DNA from: Eledone cirrhosa
Lineage: Eukaryota
Length of the DNA stretch: 64,000 bases
Assembly: GCA_964016885.1 (NCBI GenBank)
Contig: OZ024749.1
Location: forward strand, 32,612,001 to 32,676,000
Direction: 5' to 3'
Made by a program: the position numbers and the translations under genes. The notes below the pieces were generated by a model. It was not told the DNA's origin, made no database searches, and was given only the letters and a program-made list of their open reading frames with translations. Each line of letters opens with the position of its first letter. Positions within the stretch are counted from its first letter, which is position 1. Below, piece after piece: positions 25,103-38,585 of this stretch.

Positions 25103-25470
25103 GAATAAACAAGAGAGATGAACACTAATATAAACATACATATGTTCGAATCGTAAGAACCAAATTTGCTAGGGTGAAAAAATACTAACTACAGCAATAT
25201 GGTTTGTTATCCTAGGCGTTTTGCCCAATATAGGTCTGTTATTTTTCTTAATTTTTCTAAATTTAATATTTAAAGTTAAGGATTACAAACCATGTTGCTG
25301 TAATTAGTATTTTTTTCACCCTAGCAAATTTGGTCCTTACGATTCAAACACATGTATGTTTGTATTAGTGTTCATCTCTCTTGTTTATTCAATTATATTG
25401 TACGGCTCGGAAAAGCTTTTTTCTTAGCTCTAAGAAAAAAGCTTTTCCGAGCCGTACAATATAATTGAAT
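25097..25470. repeat. Double fold-back structure
   Basis: 25097-25213 pairs with 25279-25397 (imperfect). A second, perfect ~40-bp-arm hairpin spans 25388-25469. Confidence 0.85.
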
Positions 25471-25528
25471 ATATATCATACAATAAAGCAATTATGGTGA
25501 AATAAACCCGTATTAACTACTCTTCTTT

Positions 25529-25588
<60 letters not shown>

Positions 25589-25626
25589 ATAAAAAAGATA
25601 AATTTGTTAGGTCTTCATTATGTGTA

Positions 25627-26288
25627 TTGAGTTCAAATCCCGCCGAGGTTGACTTTGCCTTTCATCCTTACGGGGTCGATAAAATAAAGTACCAGTAATG
25701 CACTGGGTATTTGCTGGCCTTGTGCCTAAAGTAGAAACAATTATGTGTATTGAGTAGTGACGCACGTTTCGCTATTGATCAGCTTAAGGTTCGATCTGGA
25801 ATATATATGTTTATATATATATAACAGTAATTGTTTTCTATGCGTGTTTGACATTTTTAAAATTATATATATATGTGCGTGTGTCTGTGTGTGTGCGTGT
25901 TTGGAACAGGCTGATTCTCATATAGGAATACCTAATATTCCTAATGTTATGTTGAATTTAACGAAGCAATTTTGTGGCAATATAATTCTTACTCTTAAAG
26001 TAGCTGTGCATTGTACTTTAAGAGTTGCCTCTCTTAGATTATATAAGAGTTCCTTCCCCTGCATAATTTTTAAGCGTAACCCATTTCTAGAATAGAAAGG
26101 GCGGTGGATTGGCAGTATCAGTAGAGGGTCGGACGCCATGCTTTGACGCATAGAGTTACGGCCCTTACCATTCTGAGTTCAAATCCCGCCGAGGTTAACT
26201 TTGCCTTTCATCCTTATGGGGTCGATAAAATAAAGTACCAGTAATACACTGGGTAACTGCTGGCCTTGTGCCAATAGTAGAAACAATT
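25627..26288 (+). mobile_element. Two SINE copies (5'-truncated 25627-25740; full 26098-26288)
   Basis: The first is flanked by the direct repeat attatgtgtattgagt. Confidence 0.85.
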
Positions 26289-27896
26289 ATCTATATATAA
26301 ATTTTAGGGGATTCCGTCCGTCCGTCACACAATGTGTGTGTTTGTGTAAATGTATGTATGTGTAAAAGGAAGGTAGGGGATGGTGGAAAAAGTATTGCAA
26401 AACAGCGCCTGTCGTTTCATTTGCTACATTGTGTATGAGTGTGCGTGTTTTTGTAAATGTATGTGAGTGTGTGTTTGTGTGAATGTATGACTGTAAGTGT
26501 GTATTTTTGTAAGTGTGTCTTTTGCAAGTGCATTTATATCCTCATACATATAAATGTATGCATATGTACATGCACACAAACACATATATATACAGATACA
26601 CGTTGGCGTGTTGAAAAAAATTCTAGTATTATAAAAGTTGGGACACAGCATGGTCGAATGGTTCAGAAGTCTCCTTGGCAATCATTATATCTCGGATTTG
26701 GTCCAACAGCAAGGCATCTTGAGGCAATCTTGTTTACAATAGACATGGTTTCATTCACGACTTCTGAGTAAAAATGGGGAGAAGGAAACTGCTTGAAAGT
26801 CCATCGGATAGACTTGGAATTGTAATTCAGGGGAATAGTCTTGTCATACATTATGTCATGATGAATCACTCTTGGAATTACATTGAGATTACACATATCT
26901 TTCTACATACCTAAATATATACATACATATACACACACGTGTCGTGTCGTGTCGTGCCGTGCCGTGCGGTGCGGTGCGGTGCGGTGTGTGTGTGTGTGTG
27001 TGTGTGCAATCAACTGCACACTTGTTATCTCATTGTGTGTGTGAGCTATGGCCGATGGTCACTAAAATAAACTCAGTGATTTTCATAATATTTATCTAGA
27101 TATATAAAGTCAGGTAATATTGCAATGCAGGCTGGAAATATTTACTGCTGCCCAGTTTAATACCAGGTCTGCACTAAATAAACACAATCAACAGTTCATC
27201 CTCCAAAAGCTTGCAAGCAATGCTCTATGCTAGCATTGAGCAACAGTGGGCTATTAAAATATTAATGATTTGTATAGATTTAAAAATGAATACCAGACTT
27301 GATATAAATCTGTGCTAAGCACAGAGGTTCATGAAGCATGTGCTTATCTTGGTTTCCTTGTCATTAAGTGACTATGAGTACAAGATTTCTCCACTGGACA
27401 GGGTGCCAGTCTATTTCAGGGTTAACTCCCAGCTACTGCTGATACTCATTTTCAACTGAGTGTACTGGAGCAACAAGAAATTAAGTGTTTTGCTCAAGAA
27501 CACAATGCATCACCTAGTCCATGAATTGAAGCCGAGACGTTATGATTATAAGTCCAACACTCTAACAAGGCCACACACCTGTAGTTGATATGATAGACTA
27601 AATCAAGGTGGTGCCAAGCATGGCTGCAGTTTACTAACTGAAATAAGAATAAAAGAGTAAAGCAGAGATTTCCAACCAGAGGTGCTCACACCCTCTGGTG
27701 AATGCGAGATAGCATTCTAGTGGGTGCAAGATAACATTTCAGTATTTTGTTTTTTTATTAATAGTATTATTATATCAGCAACAAGGTGCTATGTTTTGAA
27801 AAGCTCATAACCATAAAACAGGAACAAGAGAGTCATTTAATTCAAATATGAACATTAATTTTTAAACTTTTTATTTTGTAAATTTCATACATACAC

Positions 27897-28830
27897 CATC
27901 ATCATTTTATGTCCACTTTTCCCTGCTTGCAAGGATGGGACGGGTCCTATTCAGCACAGCATCTCTCCACTTGTCACAGTCCTTCGTCATATCCTCTGTG
28001 AGCTTCAGCGATCTGAGGTCTGCTCTTACTACATCCGCCCATGCTTTTCATGGTTTTCCTTCTATTGGGATTTCTTGGCACTTCTTTACCCAGCGGTCAT
28101 CCTCCATACCATCACAATCTTTTTCCTGCACACTACAACTTATCCCTTTTATACATAATTTCTCTCTCAAGTCATCTATCCTTGGTCATTCACACACATT
28201 GACATTGCACATTCAACAGAGCATGCTTGCTTCATTTCTCTCCAGCCGTCACATCCTCCGCAGTTGCTGCCCATGTCTCACTACCATGCAGCATCGCGCA
28301 TCTCACACAGGCATCATATAACCGGCCTTTCATATGCAGGGAGAAACCCTTCTTTGTCAACAGAGGAAGCAGCTCCCTAAACTTCTTCCAAACCATCCTT
28401 ATTCTAGATACTATGGCCACTACATCTCTTGTGTATCCAAGATCTGCATTGCGTACATTTTATAGAATTTCCTTTTCTACATATCGAACATGGCCATTTC
28501 TCTGATGAAATCAGAGTTTTGTCCTCTTTTCTACTTAACACTTTCGTCTTAGCTATGTTCACTCTCAGTCCTCTTGATTCCAGCTGCTGTTTCCATAGCC
28601 AGAATTTATTCTCTAGCTCCTCTACTGATTCTGCTATAAGAACCAGATCATCAGCATAGAGAACTTCCCATTGGCAGCCAGTCCTAAACTCCTCTGTTAT
28701 GGATTGGAGGACTATAATGAACAAGAGCGGGCTGAGGACTGAACGCAGATGTACTCCTACTTGTATCTGTAATTCCTCACTAAACTCCATTCCTACTCTC
28801 ACTTTACTGACAGCACCTCTGTACATAGCT
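27897..28830 (-). mobile_element. RTE-clade LINE RT fragment with Cys/His finger insert
   Basis: LSPLLF...LYADDLVL...CSICRKGNSIKCTQCRSWIHKRC, WKKFRELLP...LHGSETW, and a (GAT)n tail. Confidence 0.9.
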
Positions 28831-29018
28831 AAGATAAAAATGGACAGTGCAAGCTATGTTCACTCTTTTTTTAGGATTTATTCAAATTTTAATGTTATAT
28901 TTTTCTTTTTTTATTTTCTGTTTCATTTTTGTTTACATATTAAAAAATTAGATTATATAAATTTGTTGCTCAAATTTAGTATTAATTCATCTTTATCCTA
29001 AAATGAATTATTACTTTT

Positions 29019-29240
29019 TTAACCCTTTAACATTTACATTACTCTATATTTACTTTTGTATTTTCACAGTAGACACTTAATTTCACATAATTATCTCACA
29101 TAATATTGAATCTACGAGATTTTGATATTTATTTTGAGAACAATACCGTAACATAAGTATGAACAGCTGGTTACGGCCAGTTTGAACAGAAAGAGATGAG
29201 AGAATTCTGGTCGGATACAGCCAGCTTAAATGCTAAAGGG
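29019..29240 (+). mobile_element. piggyBac-type (TTAA) MITE; further copies 34169-34378, 35548-35753, 44586-44793, 45514-45737, 54699-54939, 55560-55751(-)
   Basis: Termini TTAA-CCCTTTAGCATTTA ... TAAATGCTAAAGGG-TTAA and a shared ~210-bp body. Confidence 0.82.
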
Positions 29241-29597
29241 TGCAAGAACATATTTAAAAAACATTTTAGGGGTGCGAACATGAAAAAGGTTGGGAAAGAC
29301 TGGAATAAAGAAATAAGAATGAAGAAAAGGCATGTATTAATAGTTTATTGACATTTAATGGAATAGATTAACAGAGAAATCCTGAAAAGTGATGTATTAC
29401 AGAATAGTTATTTCATTTACAGTTAACAATTTTATTATTTATGTAAAAATAGTAATTTTTAATATGTTAATTTATGATAAAAAGATCCAGAAATATCATA
29501 TAAATTTTAAAAGAAAATAACGACCAGTTTGGACTGAGATTTGATAAAGTCAAAGCAAATCTTTAAATGAAAAACAATTTATGGCATTGAATGAAAT

Positions 29598-29805
29598 TTA
29601 GCAACTACATTTGCTTGAGTTTTCCAGATAGTCTATTTCAGTACCATTTTGTTGGTTAGAGTATTTCATAGATTGACGTTGTTTGTAAGGTAGTTGTTTT
29701 TTATCCACACACTGTTCCATACTTATCATTACTTTATCGAGAAGGCACTCAACAGCCTTGACAACTCCTTGACCGGTAGATGCACTTGTTTCAAAGTACG
29801 TTAAA
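29598..29805 (-). CDS. Rab27: Rab27 coding exon 6 (G5 ETSA motif, C-terminal CSC prenylation motif, stop)
   Basis: ttttctag acceptor; (N)[14 protein letters not shown]...[14 protein letters not shown] signals downstream at ~29436 and ~29349. Confidence 0.95.
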
Positions 29806-30059
29806 CTAGAAAAGAAAATTAAATCATCCTTAAAAGGAAATTGAAACATTTGTTTTTTTTTAGTTTTTAGTTGTTATTTCTAAATCAGTTTAAACCGCAT
29901 GCCATTTCTACTACTACCACCTAACTCTCTCCTCCCCCGTCCCAGCCCAACACACCCAGCCATTATTACCATCACCACTGTTCTAGACCTGAATTTTTCC
30001 TACTGGTATGGATGGATGAGCTGAGAATAAATTGGAGCAACTCTGAATTAATAGATGAA

Positions 30060-33013
30060 ATGAATATGAATCCGCGAGCTACCAATCACCCATGTGAAAC
30101 GCCAATCCAGAGAGAGGAAGCATACTCACACCCCTGCAAAAATCGATCGACCCTTCCCTATGAGTGTTGACAAATGCCCAAAACTCTGAGTTGGTACCAT
30201 CAATGTAAGCACGATGAAAGGAAGAGCAGGAGAAATCGTAGAGATGCTAGAGCAAAAGGAAATTGATGTATGCTGTGTGGAAGAGACTAAATGGAGAGGA
30301 GAGTCTGCTAGAGTCCTTGTAGGAAAAAGTCGGTGCTACAAATTTTTCTGGGTGGGAAATGACGTTGGGATGGGTGGTGTAGGTATACTACTAGCTGACA
30401 AGTGGGTAGATAAAGTAATCTCAGTGTACAGGGTAAATGCAAGAATCATTAAACTCAGACTAGTCCTGAATAAAACAATTACCACAATAATATCAGCTTA
30501 CGCACCCCAATTGGGGTTGCCAGACGAACTTAAGGATAGATTTTACGAGTCCCTAATGCACACTACTGCTCTAACAAACGACAATGACTTCCTAATCATC
30601 GCAGGAGATTTTAACGGACACGTAGGTAAACACTGTGACGGCTTCAATAGAGTCCATGGAGGCCATGGGGTTGGCACAAGAAATGAAGAAGGATTCAGAC
30701 TTCTAGAATTCTGCGACACCAATGACATGTCGATATGTAACACAAACTTCAAAAAATCCGACAACCACCTGATCACCTATAGATCAGGGGAGCATTCTAG
30801 TCAGGTAGATTTTATCCTCATCAGAGGACGTGACAGAAGGACGGTCGTAAACACAAAAGCCTTCCCTAGTGAGGAATGTACCTCCTACATAGCTTAGTTG
30901 TCAGCGACCTCACAGTCAGAACTAGACGAACCTGGAAACAGAGGCCAACCTGGAGAAAAAAGATCTGGAAGCTGAAAGACCCCTCAGCCAGTAACAGATT
31001 TAAAGATATTTTACTCAACGCCTACAACAGTAAAGAAGAACAGATAGAGACATTCAATGTAGAAGAGCACTGGGAGTTCCTAAAAAATAACTTACTAGAG
31101 GCGACAGATGAGGTCTGTGGCTGGAGTAAGACCACAAGCAGGAGGAGAGTGACTTGGTGGTGGAACAATAAGGTAGATGAGGCAGTTAAGGCCAAGAAAC
31201 AGGCATGGAAAGAATGGAAGAATGGGGGGAGCAGGGTACATTACATAGAGGCCAAGAGGGAAGCTAGGCGACAAGTATACTTAGCTAGGAGGGAAGCAGA
31301 GGATAGAAAATTCAAGCATGTTTTGCAACGTGAGGACCAGAAATAGGAGGTGTTCAAGATTGCAAAGCAGTGTGTCAGAGAGAATTGTGATGTCATTGGA
31401 GAGAAGTGTATCCGGAATGATAAAGGTGAGCTTGCCCTCACAAATGCTGAGAAGAAAGATGCATGGAAGAGTCATTATAATAGATTACTAAATGAGGAGA
31501 ATGCATAGGAAGAAGAGACTCTACTCCAAGTAGACCCTATAGAGGGGCCAGCAGTACAAGTCAGCAGCAGCGTAGTAAGTAAGGCAATCAAAGATATGAA
31601 GATGGGGAAGGCAACCGGTCCATCGGGTATAGCTGCCGAGATGCTGAAGGCATCCGGGTCTGTAGGTCACACTATAACCACACGTATTGTTAACCAGGTA
31701 ATACTAGAAGGTGTCATACCAAAAGATTGGTGCAGTAGCATCATTGTCAACTGCTACAAAGGTAAAGGTGATGCACTCGATAGAGGAAACTATAGAGGTA
31801 TAAAGCTGATGGACCAGGTCATGAAAGTAACAGAAAGAGTTATAGCACAGTTGATTAGGGACCGGGTCAAACTAGATGAGATGCAATTTGGGTTTGTACC
31901 AGGAAGAGGCACCACTGATGCCCTCTTCCTTGTGAGGCAGTTACAGGAAAAGTACCTAGCTAAAAGTAAGCCACTCTACCTGGCATTCGTCGATCTCAAG
32001 AAAGCCTTTGACAGAGTTCCACGTGCTGTAATCTGGTGGGCTCTTAGAAAACTAGGAGTAGATGAATGGCTTGTGAAAGCTGTACAAGCCATGTATAGGG
32101 GAGCAGTCAGCAAAGTTAGGATTAGCAATGAGTATAGCGAGGAATTTAGCATACAGGTTGGGTCCACCAGGGCTCTGTTCTTAGCTCTCTCCTGTTCATC
32201 ATAGTCCTGCAGGCAATAACGGAAGAAGTTCAGGGAACTACTGCCAGTGCTAGCTGCAAAAGGCTTCTCCCTCAAAATGAAAGGCAGACTGTATGATGCG
32301 TGTATCCGAACAGCAATGTTACATAGTAGTGAGACCTGAGCGCTGAAGGTGGAAGACTTACGTAGATTAGAGAGAAACGAAGCCTGCATGCTCCGATGGA
32401 TGTGTAATAGTAATATACGCGAACGACAAAGCATAAATGAATTGAGAGAGAGACTGCGCATAAGAGGAATCAAATGCTGTGTGCAGGAGAGGCGGATGCG
32501 TTGGTATGGACATGTGATGCGTATGAAGGATGACAACTGCATAAAAAGGTGCAGAGCACTAGAAGTCGATGGAAACCGCAGAGTGGGGAGACCCAAGATG
32601 ACCTGGGATGAGGTGATAAAAGCCGACCTTACCCAATTACACCTCTCAAAGGCGATGACACACGACCGTGACCTCTGGCGTCACGCAGTAATACAGAGTA
32701 CCCGACCTCCCATGGGTACAAGATGAAGCATATAGACAATATGCCCCCACACCCTCCAACTGCAAGGTGGTCGTGGAGGTGCCACGGCAAAAAAGCACCC
32801 AGCCCACACTGTAAAGTGGACGTGTAGGCGCCACGAAAAAGCACCCAGCACTCACTGTAAATGAGGTTGGTGTTAGGAAGGGCATCCAGCTGTAGAAATC
32901 AAGCCAAATCAGTTCCTGTATCAGCCGACCAGACACTGCCCACAACAGGACAACCCGTCTAACCCATGCTAGCGTGGAAAAACGGACGTAAAACGGTGAT
33001 GATGATGATGATG
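30060..33013 (+). mobile_element. Near full-length but inactivated RTE-clade LINE, antisense in Rab27 last intron
   Basis: APE endonuclease (SAYAPQ, AGDFNGHVG), RT (GNYRGIKL, QFGFVPGRGTTDA, DLKKAFDRV) and C-terminus RWYGHVMR...GRPKMTW. It has stops and frameshifts, the YADD region is deleted, and it ends in a (GAT)n tail. Confidence 0.95.
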
Positions 33014-33377
33014 AGTTATGTCGGTTAACTCGAGCAAATTATTGAAATAAAGATGCCAGTCAGTCCCAAGGTAAAGGAGGGGCTAGACTGGGGCTGGATG
33101 AGATAGAACTTGCTACAGTAACTTTCCAAAGATACCAAAGGAAACCTTCATTCATCATTATTCTTCATTAACTAATTGAAATAGACTGTATTTCATTAGA
33201 AATACGGTAATGAAAGGGTTAATGAAAAATAAAGTTTTTTCAGAAAACTTCTTTCAAAATAAGAATTAATTACTATTAAAGATATTTGTCATGAAATAAC
33301 TCCTTTTCGTGTGCTGGAGTAATGAAATTCTAATGATTTTGGGGGTAAAACAAATAGTTACATATAGACATAATAAT

Positions 33378-33790
33378 AGTTTCTTATATAGGCACAAGGC
33401 CATCAATTTGGAGGGGATGGGAAAGTCGATTAAATCGACCCCAGTGCGTGACTGATACTTTATTTTATCAACCCCGTAAGGATGAAAGGCAAAGTTAACC
33501 TCAGCGGGATTTGAACTCAGATTATAAAGGGTGGCATCCGACCTTCTACCAATACTGCCAATCCACCACCCTACATATAGACATAATAATGGTTTCTTAT
33601 ATAGGCACAAGGCCAGCAATTTGTGTGTAGGGGGGGGGGGGGTCGATTAAATCGACCGCAGTGCATTACTGGTGCTTTATTTTATTGACCCCGTAAGGAT
33701 GAAAGGCAAAGTTAATCTCGGTGGGATTTGAACTCAGAATATAAAGGGTCGTAACTCTGCGTTGCAAAGCATGGCATCCGACCCTCGCCC
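33378..33790 (-). mobile_element. Two tandem SINE copies
   Basis: Core domain present twice; the nearer one starts ~45 nt past the exon 5 donor. Confidence 0.85.
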
Positions 33791-33834
33791 AACATATAGA
33801 TATAATAATAAAATTATTTAAAAGAATAACTTAC

Positions 33835-34062
33835 TTGAGTTCTTCAGTAAGTTGGTAGATTCTCTCTTCACTAACCTTTCTTTTATCTTCAAGATCAGCT
33901 TTATTTCCAATCAAAACAACATCTGGTTTGTCACAGTAAGCATGTGTTTGTAGTTGGGTCAACCAATTACGTGTACTTATAAAGGATTCCTCATTAGTCA
34001 AGTCAAATAAAAGAAGAAAGCCCATTGCATCGCGAAAAAATGCTGTCGTTAAACTACGGAAC
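33835..34062 (-). CDS. Rab27: Rab27 coding exon 5
   Basis: 228 nt, ag/gt boundaries; [22 protein letters not shown]...[11 protein letters not shown]...GNKADL (G4). Confidence 0.97.
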
Positions 34063-34548
34063 CTAATTAAGGAAGAATAATTGATTAATTAATTAATTAA
34101 AATACTCAAAGAAGTTTATTAATAATTCTATTATAGAAATATATTTACAATACATCAAAGTTTGCATATTAACCCTTTAGCATTTACATTACTCTATATT
34201 TGCTACCATATGTTCATGGTACATAATTATCTCACATCTTCGAATCTATGAGATTTTGATATTTATTTTGAGAACAATACCTTAACATCAGTATGAGCAA
34301 CAGGTTATGACCAGTTTGAACTGAAAGAGTTGAGAGAATTCTGGCCGTATATGGCCGATTTAAATGCTAAAGTGTTAAATAGGGAAAGTAAAGGAAAGAT
34401 GGAGGGAGGGAGCAGAAGACACTTTATGTGGATTATTACAGAATGTAGAAAATGTCTTTTACACACTGTTATATTTATTTATTTTACAATCAAGTTAACT
34501 TCGTAATATTGAATGAGTAAAACTGCCAAAATAAGCTGAATAACTTAC

Positions 34549-34634
34549 CTTTCTTGGCCAGCAGTATCCCATAATTGTAGATGAATTCTTTGACTACGCC
34601 CCACAGTTCCATCAACACTAGGTATTCGATGGAC
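34549..34634 (-). CDS. Rab27: Rab27 coding exon 4
   Basis: 86 nt, ttttag / gtaagt; VHRIPSVDGTVGRSQRIHLQLWDTAGQE (Rab27-type insert plus G3). Confidence 0.96.
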
Positions 34635-34967
34635 CTAAAATTCAAGAAAAATATACGCTGTTCATTTCAAGAAAAATCATATACCACAACTAGAAACCAG
34701 TAGTGAAATAGATTTCAATATTCCCCATCACGCTCCCTCTGTCATTTGCTATTTGTTTAGGGTGGGCTATATAGAAGATAAGAAAAAAAAGCATATATAT
34801 ATATAATTCAAAAAGCAATCAGAAAAGATATCCAAGTGGAAGTTGAGGTAGTTTCCAGGTAAAAATCCAGTTCCAGGGATCCAACAAATTTGAGGGAAAA
34901 AATTTGTTTTCGTTTCCATCACTGCCTGTATCCTCTATCTTTCTATTTTTTCTTTAATTTCTCATTC

Positions 34968-35006
34968 TATTTTCTGATGAAGGATTAGCGTCTGAAACGT
35001 TAAGAC
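34968..35006 (+). ncRNA. Degenerate minimal hammerhead motif (antisense to Rab27)
   Basis: CTGATGA-a-gga-ttagcg-tct-GAAACGTT with palindromic AACGTT; stem I is weak. Confidence 0.45.
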
Positions 35007-36597
35007 TCTTTTCCTACTATATCAAGCATAAAACTAATAATAATAAAAAAGAGGGGTAATAAAAAAATTACACACTACAATAAGGGACTTGGAGACTCCC
35101 TTTAATATTTTCAGGTAAGCCAACACACTTGCAACATTGCCATGGGAATTGGATCAAGCAACTTAATTACAAATCAACAAAGCTACAAAATTCTTAGACA
35201 ATATAAACTTGACAGAGGTACAGAAATTTATAACTAGCCTAATCAGCCTCAGTAAATGCAAGTTTATCAACAACTTGAACAATATTACAAAATCATTGAA
35301 AGAATTCTCCCATGTAACCTTATATAGGTGCATATATGATGCAAAAGTTACAACCTGCCTTTGTCAGCTCCTAAAGTTTGACACATAATGAAAATATAAT
35401 TAACCCTTTTGATACCAAACTGATTGAATCTCTGGACAGATTTTATGGACAAAACCAGCCAGCAGTAGACCCAGGAGTAGACACTGAGCATTATTTTGTT
35501 CATATTAAAGAATTTTTGCAATTGTAGGCACAGTCCTTCCCCTATGTTTAACCCTTTACCATTTACAGTACTTTATATTATATTCTCACAGTAAAGGCTT
35601 TACCGCACATAATATTGAATCTATGAGATTTTGATATTTATTTTGAGAACAACACCTTAACATCAGTATGAGTAGCCGGTTACAGCCGGTTTGAACAGAA
35701 AGAGGTGAGAGAATTCTGGCCGGATACGGCTGGTTTAAATGCTAAGGCGTTAAATACCAAAGGTAAAGAAAAATCATAGACGTTTGTAAAGATGATATTT
35801 ATCTTCAAAATATATATTTAGCTTCTCCTTTTAAGGAAAGGTTTGCAAAACAATGTTTGTTTTCAGTGATTGGCTGGCATGAATTATATTTTATAACTAG
35901 AAATGTTTATAATAGCTCACTTATAATTAATTACAACATAATAACCAAAATAATTTGATCAATTACAGAACCATTTTCAGTATCTCTAAAATACCAGAAA
36001 TTATCAGCAAGCAATTTTTTGGAGGAGCTGGGTCACTGACAACAAAGTTTTTGCCATTGTTAGGAGCTCATATTTTACTGATGTATCAGGTGATGCCCAC
36101 TAGAGTGCTTGGTTATTTCAGTGTCTTACTCTCACTATCACCCACGGCAATGCTGCGGGTGTGTTGGTGTGACTCAAAAATTTATGAGAAAATAACTCCT
36201 ACACAAGGTGTCTCTGATATGGCTATCATAGGATAGTCTAGCAGACCAGGTCAGATCTAGAGGAGTAAGCATTGATAAAAATCCTGCTCGTCTCATAGTA
36301 AGCTGTAGCTCATGTGATGATGATCAGTTTAATTAGATGACCTCGGAGTTGTGAACACCAGTGGCTTCGCAGATGGTGGACTATTAATTTGCCAATGGGT
36401 TGGCACAACAGTTCCAGTTAGTGGAGAAATCTATGAGTATGCAGGCGTCGTGAACCACATATAATCTAACCATTAGAAAAAGCAAAATAAATGCTTCACC
36501 TTCGATGAAGAGAACTCCAGCACGTTTGTGGTGTGTGATTGAATGTTGAGGGTCTTCTCCCACTAATTTATATTTTTCCACTTGTTTTTATACAAAT

Positions 36598-36785
36598 AAT
36601 TGTTTCTACTTTAGGCACAAGGCCAGCAATTATCCAGTGCATTACTGGTACTTTATTTTATCGACCCCGTAAGGATGAAAGGCAAAGTCAACCTCGGCGG
36701 GATTTGAACTCAGATCGTAAAGGGACGTAACTATGCTGGAAAGCATGGCGTCCGACCCTCCACCGATACTGCCAATCCACCGCCA
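36598..36785 (-). mobile_element. SINE (young subfamily)
   Basis: TSD tgtttttatacaaataat; near-identical to 16806-16989. Confidence 0.92.
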
Positions 36786-37092
36786 GTTATATGTTTTTAT
36801 ACAAATAATGTTTATATACTAATATATAAATTGTTTAATAACAAGATATTCAATATCTTAAATAAAATATAGTATCCTAATCTAAACAGATTTCACATCT
36901 GATGTGACACATTTTCCTTTCGTATACTACTTGAAAACCTCCCTAAGATTATTAGCTATCATAGTCATACACAGCTGTTAGTATTTACTGTTTAGGGAGG
37001 TTCTGAAAATACCACAGCAATTAATACCCTTATCTTTTAGATAATACTGAACATACATATATATATTAATAATATGAATTTAATCAACTTAC

Positions 37093-37199
37093 AACTCTTT
37101 TTTCTCGGAAATCAACACCTACTGTGGTAGTAAATTTGGGGACGAAAGTATTATCTGTATACTGGTAGAGGAAACTTGTTTTTCCTACTCCAGAATCAC
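37093..37199 (-). CDS. Rab27: Rab27 coding exon 3
   Basis: 107 nt, tttacag / gtaagt; (G)[15 protein letters not shown]...[12 protein letters not shown] (P-loop and switch I). Confidence 0.97.
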
Positions 37200-37224
37200 C
37201 TGTAAAGATAATTAGTGGCATATA

Positions 37225-37278
<54 letters not shown>

Positions 37279-37335
37279 TCAATCAACATAAAGTATAAGT
37301 CAACAGGTTAAAATTAACTTCATTAATTCAAAGTC

Positions 37336-37394
37336 GCTGCTATATATATTTCAGTGATAACCATTATGCAACAGCTATGACCTCATCAGACAGC
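37336..37394 (-). ncRNA. Minimal type I hammerhead ribozyme motif, sense in Rab27 intron
   Basis: gctgt-CTGATGA-ggt-c-atagctgtt-gcat-aatggttat-c-act-GAAA-tatata-TA-gcagc. All core nucleotides are present and stems I-III pair; a short tail is followed by (TA)n. Confidence 0.72.
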
Positions 37395-37539
37395 TAGAAT
37401 TAGAAAATTAGAACAAGAAAACAAAGATGAAATAAAGCTTACTTCTGTTATTTCAATTCATTGATAAGCTCTAATAAGACAAACCAGATACACACACATA
37501 GAACAAGCAACTAACTAGTGACACTTTGGTGTAGTTTAG

Positions 37540-38585
37540 GGACTCAGCTGAGATATACCACCTAGACTGGGGTGTAGTGACACAGCTGGGGTGTAGTGAC
37601 ACAGCTGAGATGTGACACAGCTGAGATATACCACCTGGACTGGGGTATAACACAGCTGAGATATACCACCTGGACTGGAATGCAGTGACGTAGTTGAGAT
37701 ATACCACCTGGACTGGGGTATAATAACACAGCTGAGATATACCACCTAGACTGGGGTGTAGTCACACAGCTGAGATATACCACCTAGACTGGGGTGTAGT
37801 CACACAGCTGAGATACACCATCCAGACTGGGGTGTAGTGACACAGCTGAGATATACCACCTAGACTGGGGTGTAGTCACACAGCTGAGATACACCATCCA
37901 GACTAGGGTGTAGTGACACAGCTGAGATATACCACCTAGACTGGGGTATAGTCACACAGCTGAGATATACCACCTAGACTGGGGTGTAGTGTAGTGACAG
38001 CTGAGATATACCACCTAGACTGGGGTGTAGTGTAGTGACAGCTGAGATATACCACCTAGACTGGGGTATAGTCACACAGCTGAGATATACCACCTAGACT
38101 GGGGTGTAGTGTAGTGACAGCTGAGATATACCACCTAGACTGGGGTATAGTCACACAGCTGAGATATACCACCTAGACTGGGGTGTAGTGACACAGCTGA
38201 GATATACCACCTAGACTGGGGTGTAGTGACACAGCTGAGATATACCACCTAGACTGGGGTGTAGTGTAGTGACAGCTGAGATATACCACCTAGACTGGGG
38301 TGTAGTGACACAGCTGAGATATACCACCTAGACTGGGGTGTAGTGTAGTGACAGCTGAGATATACCACCTAGACTGGGGTGTAGTGACACAGCTGAGATA
38401 TACCACCTAGACTGGGGTGTAGTGACACAGCTGAGATATACCACCTAGACTGGGGTGTAGTGTAGTGACAGCTGAGATATACCACCTAGACTGGGGTGTA
38501 GTGACACAGCTGAGATATACCACCTAGACTGGGGTGTAGTGTAGTGACAGCTGAGATATACCACCTAGACTGGGGTGTAGTGACT
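37540..38585. repeat. 38/41-bp minisatellite
   Basis: (cacagctgagatataccacctagactggggtgtagtga)n with a gtagtgtagt variant; one more unit lies at 39811-39858 beyond the LINE. Confidence 0.95.

Larger units (their letters stand above)
27663..29302. mobile_element. hAT MITE expanded by nested insertions
   Basis: TIR cagagatttccaacc / ggttgggaaagactg; near-TSD gagtaaag / gaataaag. Contains an RTE fragment and a TTAA MITE. Confidence 0.6.

Noticed and set aside
29806-29849. ORF-track N-termini of Rab27 exons (MFQFPF..., MCIYIY...)
   Set aside because: Intronic read-through upstream of clear splice acceptors.
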